The notes under the pieces: model-generated
Database searches by the model: none
Told to the model about the DNA's origin: nothing
What the model saw: only the letters and a program-made list of their open reading frames with translations
Assembly (NCBI GenBank): GCA_002742935.1
Contig: PDON01000065.1
Location: forward strand, 6,894 to 70,893
Direction of reading: 5' to 3'
DNA length: 64,000 nt
Origin: Candidatus Cloacimonadota bacterium
Lineage (GTDB): Bacteria > UBA4055
Shown: positions 60,184-64,000 of the stretch, piece by piece
Layout of the letters: every line of letters begins with the position of its first letter
How positions within the stretch are numbered: the first letter of the stretch is position 1
Made by a program: the position numbers and the translations under genes

Positions 60184-60728
60184 TTATTTTGTAACATTCT
60201 CATAAAATTAAGAACAATAACTAGGAGTGGCTCCATCACTATATCTATTATAATATATAAATTATAAGTGTAGTTTTATAGGGAAACACTCTTAGTTTCG
60301 TTTATAATTCCCATCTATTTCAAACATATAATTTATCTAAATAATAAAGTTTACAAATTTGTTTATTTTGTCATCTTTTGCATTATAATAAAAAACATTG
60401 GGAAAGTCAACTCTAAAATTGTGGTGTTTTATTTGGATTTATTTGACAATTTACTAATAATTAGCAAGTTAGCTGTAAATATCTTAAATATGGCTTAATT
60501 ATTTCTTTAAGAATTAACTTTTTCTTTATCTATGTAGCTTAACTTACTTTAGATTAAGTAGTTAACCATATAAACTTCTTATACCTTCGTGTCCTAAAAC
60601 TAGAACTAACTCGTTTTGGGAGCTAAAATCTATTTGTTATCCTAAAAACAGAGCTTATGAGTCGCGACCAATTAAAAGCTTCGAAGTAAATTAAGTTTAA
60701 TTAAAACTCCTAAAAGGAGGTGAAAAGA

Positions 60729-60863
60729 ATGAAAGTTGAAAAGAAAGCACAAAGGAGTTTAAAAATGAGTAGCAATTCTAACTTGATGCATGGATTTTTT
60801 GGTCTGTATCAATGCGATTTTGATCTCAGAATTTGCTGTAATGGTTGTAGTTGTACTACTTAA
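60729..60863 (+). CDS. Cys-rich micro-ORF (44 aa, or 32 aa from the alternative start at 60765). Candidate RiPP precursor peptide.
   Basis: GGAGG at 60716-60720, 8 nt before the ATG, and a second AGGAG before the internal ATG at 60765. Translation MKVEKKAQRSLKMSSNSNLMHGFFGLYQCDFDLRICCNGCSCTT*. Sits 167 nt upstream of the radical SAM/SPASM gene and is followed by a hairpin. Confidence 0.5.
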   Translation: MKVEKKAQRSLKMSSNSNLMHGFFGLYQCDFDLRICCNGCSCTT

Positions 60864-61029
60864 TAGTGCCTTTGTACACTATCAATGAGGCTACTCCTTT
60901 GGGATAGCCTCATTATGATCGTTGCACAATAGATTCTTTAAGAAAAAAAAGAATCTTCAAATCATTATTTCAACTATAAATTCATTTTCATGTTAACTGT
61001 AATCTTAAAGTTTAATCGGAGATTTTACA

Positions 61030-62349
61030 ATGAAGTATAAACAGAGTTTTTATAATATATGGCAAGCTCAAAAAGAAAAAGTTTATCTACTAAATACTTA
61101 TTCGGGGAGTATTGTTTCTGTAAATAAAAATGAAATTGGGGTTGTAAACTCAATTCTTGAAGATAAAAATGATATAGATATTGTAAATGAAGAAAAAATA
61201 AAAGAATACATAAAGGTCTTACTTGATAACGGTTTTTTAATTCCTGAAGAGGTTAACGAAAGAGATAGTTTGCAATATATTTATAAATTAAACTATTTTG
61301 ACTCTTCAGTTCTTGATATTGTTCTACTTCCAACAATGAGATGTAATTTTAAATGTCCATATTGCTACGAAGAAGAAAAACAAATGACTTTAACTGAAGA
61401 AAGATTACAATCTTTAATAAAGTTTGCAGAAAAAAATTTTATAAATAAAAATCGAGTAACAATTGGTTTATTTGGAGGAGAACCATTATTAGAATGGAAA
61501 AAAATTAAGAAATTTTTTGATATCGTTTTAAACTTGTCAAAGAAATATGGTTTTATGTTCGCCCCGTCAATAACAACAAATGCTTATTTGTTTGAAAAAG
61601 ATATGATTAACGATATGATTGATAAATATCATTTCAGGTCATTTCAAATATCAATTGATGGATATAAAACGACCCATAATACAACACGAGTGCTAATAGA
61701 GAATGGCAAGGGAACTTATGAAACTGTTCTAAAAAATTTTAAACTTCTTTTAGAAAAGAAGAAACAATCAAAAAAAAATTACAGCTTAACATTAAGAGTT
61801 AATCTTATGAACACAGATGAAAAAAGCATACTAAAACTCTTTAATGAATTTGACTACAATGAAAAAGAACTGTTTTATATTTATTTTAGACCTATTTACA
61901 ATACGAAAAATTTTTGTATTTCAAATTCCAATTATAAAAATTTAGAATCATTTTATTCTTTAGCTATCAAAGAAGGATTTAATGTCGTAACTCCAGGGTC
62001 TAATAGTTTCACTAGCATTCAAGCATGTGAAGGAGACGGTGGAATACACCAAATAGAGATTATGCCTAACCTTTCAATTTGGAAATGCTCAAATAATTTA
62101 AATTGTAAAGAAGCAAATATCGGGGAAATCTGTAATGATGGTAATATTAAATTATTTTATGATAGACTGGAAAAATGGAGTAAAAACAATCCTTTTGAAT
62201 ACGAGAAATGCTCAAATTGTAAGTATCTTCCACTATGTTGGGGAAGCTGTCCATTAAACTTTCTTCTTAATAAGAAAAGAAATTGTTTTTACGAAAAAGA
62301 TTTCAATTTAGTTAATTTATTCTTAAATTCTAGAATTGGAGCTTCATAG
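61030..62349 (+). CDS. Radical SAM/SPASM-domain peptide maturase with an N-terminal PqqD-like RRE (sactipeptide/ranthipeptide-type RiPP maturase).
   Basis: CNFKCPYC (CxxxCxxC) radical SAM cluster. C-terminal SPASM Cys pattern CEGDGG...CSN...CSNCKYLPLCWGSCP. N-terminal ~90 aa winged-helix-like segment before the rSAM core. Confidence 0.8.
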   Translation: MKYKQSFYNIWQAQKEKVYLLNTYSGSIVSVNKNEIGVVNSILEDKNDIDIVNEEKIKEYIKVLLDNGFLIPEEVNERDSLQYIYKLNYFDSSVLDIVLLPTMRCNFKCPYCYEEEKQMTLTEERLQSLIKFAEKNFINKNRVTIGLFGGEPLLEWKKIKKFFDIVLNLSKKYGFMFAPSITTNAYLFEKDMINDMIDKYHFRSFQISIDGYKTTHNTTRVLIENGKGTYETVLKNFKLLLEKKKQSKKNYSLTLRVNLMNTDEKSILKLFNEFDYNEKELFYIYFRPIYNTKNFCISNSNYKNLESFYSLAIKEGFNVVTPGSNSFTSIQACEGDGGIHQIEIMPNLSIWKCSNNLNCKEANIGEICNDGNIKLFYDRLEKWSKNNPFEYEKCSNCKYLPLCWGSCPLNFLLNKKRNCFYEKDFNLVNLFLNSRIGAS

Positions 62350-62450
62350 CTTTTGATCCTTTAAGTTTTGAATATCAGATTTTTTATATTTATATTTTGA
62401 TATAAATATAAATATTTTAAAATTAAGTTTAAATATTAAGGAGTTAAAAA

Positions 62451-64000
62451 ATGAAATCATTGCTAAAGTTTTTTAAATTGTTACCTCTCAAGTATATTAT
62501 CAGCTATTTTATCATAGGGGTTATATTTTCAGTTGTTTTTGTGTTAGAATACTTTAGCCCTTTAATTCAAAAAAATTTGATTGATACTGCAATTAGAGAT
62601 AAGAATATTTTTAATGACTCCTTGTTTCATTTGATTTATCTTTATATACTTTATGCCATTTTTGTTTTTACAGCCACGCTCTCTATTTCCTTTTTGAGAA
62701 TAAAAGTTGGTAAATTGTTTTATTCTGTTTTTTTAAAAAAGATTTTCAGCTTAAAAAAGACTGCTATTCAGAAAAAAGGAACCGGATACTACTATGATAT
62801 TTTATCAAAGGATAAAGAGTCTGCTGTAGCATTGATAAGTTTGTCTTTTTTCTCTCTACTATTTAGTATCATTCAAACTTGCTTTATTTTAGTAATGATT
62901 TGGAAGTGGAGTCGTATTCTTTTTATAATTTTTATGATAGTTCTATTTTCATCTATAATTATAACATCTATTCTAGCTTTGTTTAATAGAAATAATTACC
63001 TAAATATGAGAAAAAACGGTACAACTTTAGCAAATGAGACAATAGATGCTATTTCAAACAATTTTTCAATCCAAAATTTTCTATCATCTAGTATTTTTCA
63101 AAATTTATTAACAAAAAAATATGCCTTTTTTGAGAAGTATATGAGAAGATACATTTACATTGCTACTTCCCCTCAAATAATTGTTTCAATTATTAAGACG
63201 GTTGCATTTGTATTTACCATAGTTTATTCTTTAAATCTGGTTATATCCGGAGAAATGACTTACGGTATTCTACTGGCTATAATCTCATATTTCCAAATGA
63301 TTTTGAAACCAATAGAAAATTTTCATTCAGTAATGAACAACATTGCAGAAAGTGAAGTAAGTATCAAAAGGTTACTTAATTTAATAAATCCTAAAACTAA
63401 TCAATTAAATTATCAAGATAAAGTTATACCTTTGAACAGTATAAATAATCTTACCTTTAAAGATGTTTATTTTGAATACGGAAATTCTAAAAAACAAAAA
63501 CATTATCTTGATTTTAAAATTGAAGATGAAAAAGTTGGAATTGTTGGAATTTCAGGAGAAGGTAAAACTACCTTATTAAAATTATTGTACTTGGAAGAGG
63601 TTGCAAAAGAGGGGAATATTTTTTTAGATGATACAATCTTGGGTAATCTTCCAATCTCTTACTTTCAAGCTATTTTTAATATTTACCCTCAAAATTTAGA
63701 AATTTTTAATAAAGACTTACTCTTTAATTTAACTCTAGGAAAAAAAGTAATACCAAATTCAACTGTGGATAGATATCTAAAAGATTATCAAAACAGATTA
63801 CAACTTTTCTTTGATTATCTTGAAAAAGAACTTCAAAACAGTAATATTTCAAATTCAAAAAAATTTATCAAAATACAAAAATATTTAGAGAAAGATGATT
63901 TTTTAAAGGAAATTTTAGGAGTTATTGATGTTTATGTAGAATCCTATCACATTTATGAAATTAACTTTGATACTTACATTAAATACCTTGATTTTATTGT
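62451..64000 (+). CDS. ABC transporter, fused permease plus ATPase. The 3' end lies beyond the window (partial).
   Basis: AAGGAG RBS 7 nt upstream. Six-TM region, then Walker A GISGEGKTT. Open to the window edge and not in the ORF track because it has no stop. Confidence 0.6.
   Translation, partial: MKSLLKFFKLLPLKYIISYFIIGVIFSVVFVLEYFSPLIQKNLIDTAIRDKNIFNDSLFHLIYLYILYAIFVFTATLSISFLRIKVGKLFYSVFLKKIFSLKKTAIQKKGTGYYYDILSKDKESAVALISLSFFSLLFSIIQTCFILVMIWKWSRILFIIFMIVLFSSIIITSILALFNRNNYLNMRKNGTTLANETIDAISNNFSIQNFLSSSIFQNLLTKKYAFFEKYMRRYIYIATSPQIIVSIIKTVAFVFTIVYSLNLVISGEMTYGILLAIISYFQMILKPIENFHSVMNNIAESEVSIKRLLNLINPKTNQLNYQDKVIPLNSINNLTFKDVYFEYGNSKKQKHYLDFKIEDEKVGIVGISGEGKTTLLKLLYLEEVAKEGNIFLDDTILGNLPISYFQAIFNIYPQNLEIFNKDLLFNLTLGKKVIPNSTVDRYLKDYQNRLQLFFDYLEKELQNSNISNSKKFIKIQKYLEKDDFLKEILGVIDVYVESYHIYEINFDTYIKYLDFI

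Noticed and set aside
60729-60863. Assignment of the micro-ORF as a canonical SCIFF (six Cys in forty-five residues) peptide.
   Set aside because: It has five, not six, Cys, and lacks the GGCGECQTSC-type spacing. It is kept as a generic Cys-rich RiPP precursor candidate instead.
1-64000. Possibility that TGA is reassigned genome-wide (code 4 or 25, as in Mycoplasma or Gracilibacteria), which would explain the in-frame TGA in the redoxin gene.
   Set aside because: Long ORFs are intact under the standard code. TGA serves as the terminal stop of several genes (for example complement of 759-761, 24821-24823, 38025-38027, 40497-40499), so a single in-frame TGA at a CxxC position is better explained by Sec or an error. 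I did note that three of these TGA stops are followed within 0-3 codons by a second in-frame stop, but tandem stops are expected in AT-rich DNA.

Overview
The window is AT-rich (roughly 30% GC by eye), gene-dense and reads as a bacterial chromosome. Coding density is about 85% and translations are clean under the standard genetic code. Products include flagellar genes (FlgM, FlgI, an FlgJ-like protein), a type IX secretion (T9SS) C-terminal sorting domain, futalosine-pathway menaquinone genes and many lipoproteins. Together these point, by inference only, to a flagellated member of the FCB superphylum (for example an Ignavibacteria, Calditrichota, Cloacimonadota or Marinimicrobia-like lineage). 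Housekeeping genes present are glyA, pyk, dapF, tsaD, rsmI, cinA, rng, rodA, a pyrK-like gene, tRNA-Asn, prolyl oligopeptidase and a Xaa-Pro aminopeptidase. Four loci stand out from this backbone. (1) At 58.5-64 kb, a putative RiPP biosynthetic cluster. It contains a Cys-rich precursor micro-ORF missing from the ORF track, a radical SAM/SPASM maturase with an N-terminal RRE-like domain, and an ABC exporter. It is flanked by an HTH-TPR regulator and a small secreted peptide gene, and carries a repeated 22-nt candidate operator motif. (2) At 52.7-54.2 kb, a T9SS-sorted redoxin/TlpA-like protein whose two ORF-track pieces are joined by a single in-frame TGA exactly at the first Cys of the CxxC motif (U-P-G-C). 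This suggests a secreted selenoprotein. (3) At 7.2-10.9 kb, a tightly packed five-gene operon: an Fe-S type Rrf2 regulator, a cytoplasmic DUF1858 plus Fe3+-SBP-like protein, a HypB/UreG-like GTPase, a permease-less ABC ATPase and a zinc-ribbon protein. This looks like an undescribed metal-trafficking or metal-centre repair module. (4) At 32.2-38.0 kb, a TetR-controlled pair of ABC half-transporters with an FNT channel and a SAM methyltransferase embedded. Other observations: a dispersed family of intergenic repeat elements, a decayed C5-methyltransferase remnant beside an orphan HlyD adaptor, an orphan pyrK-like gene, and several intrinsic terminators. No CRISPR array, integrase, transposase or rRNA was seen.
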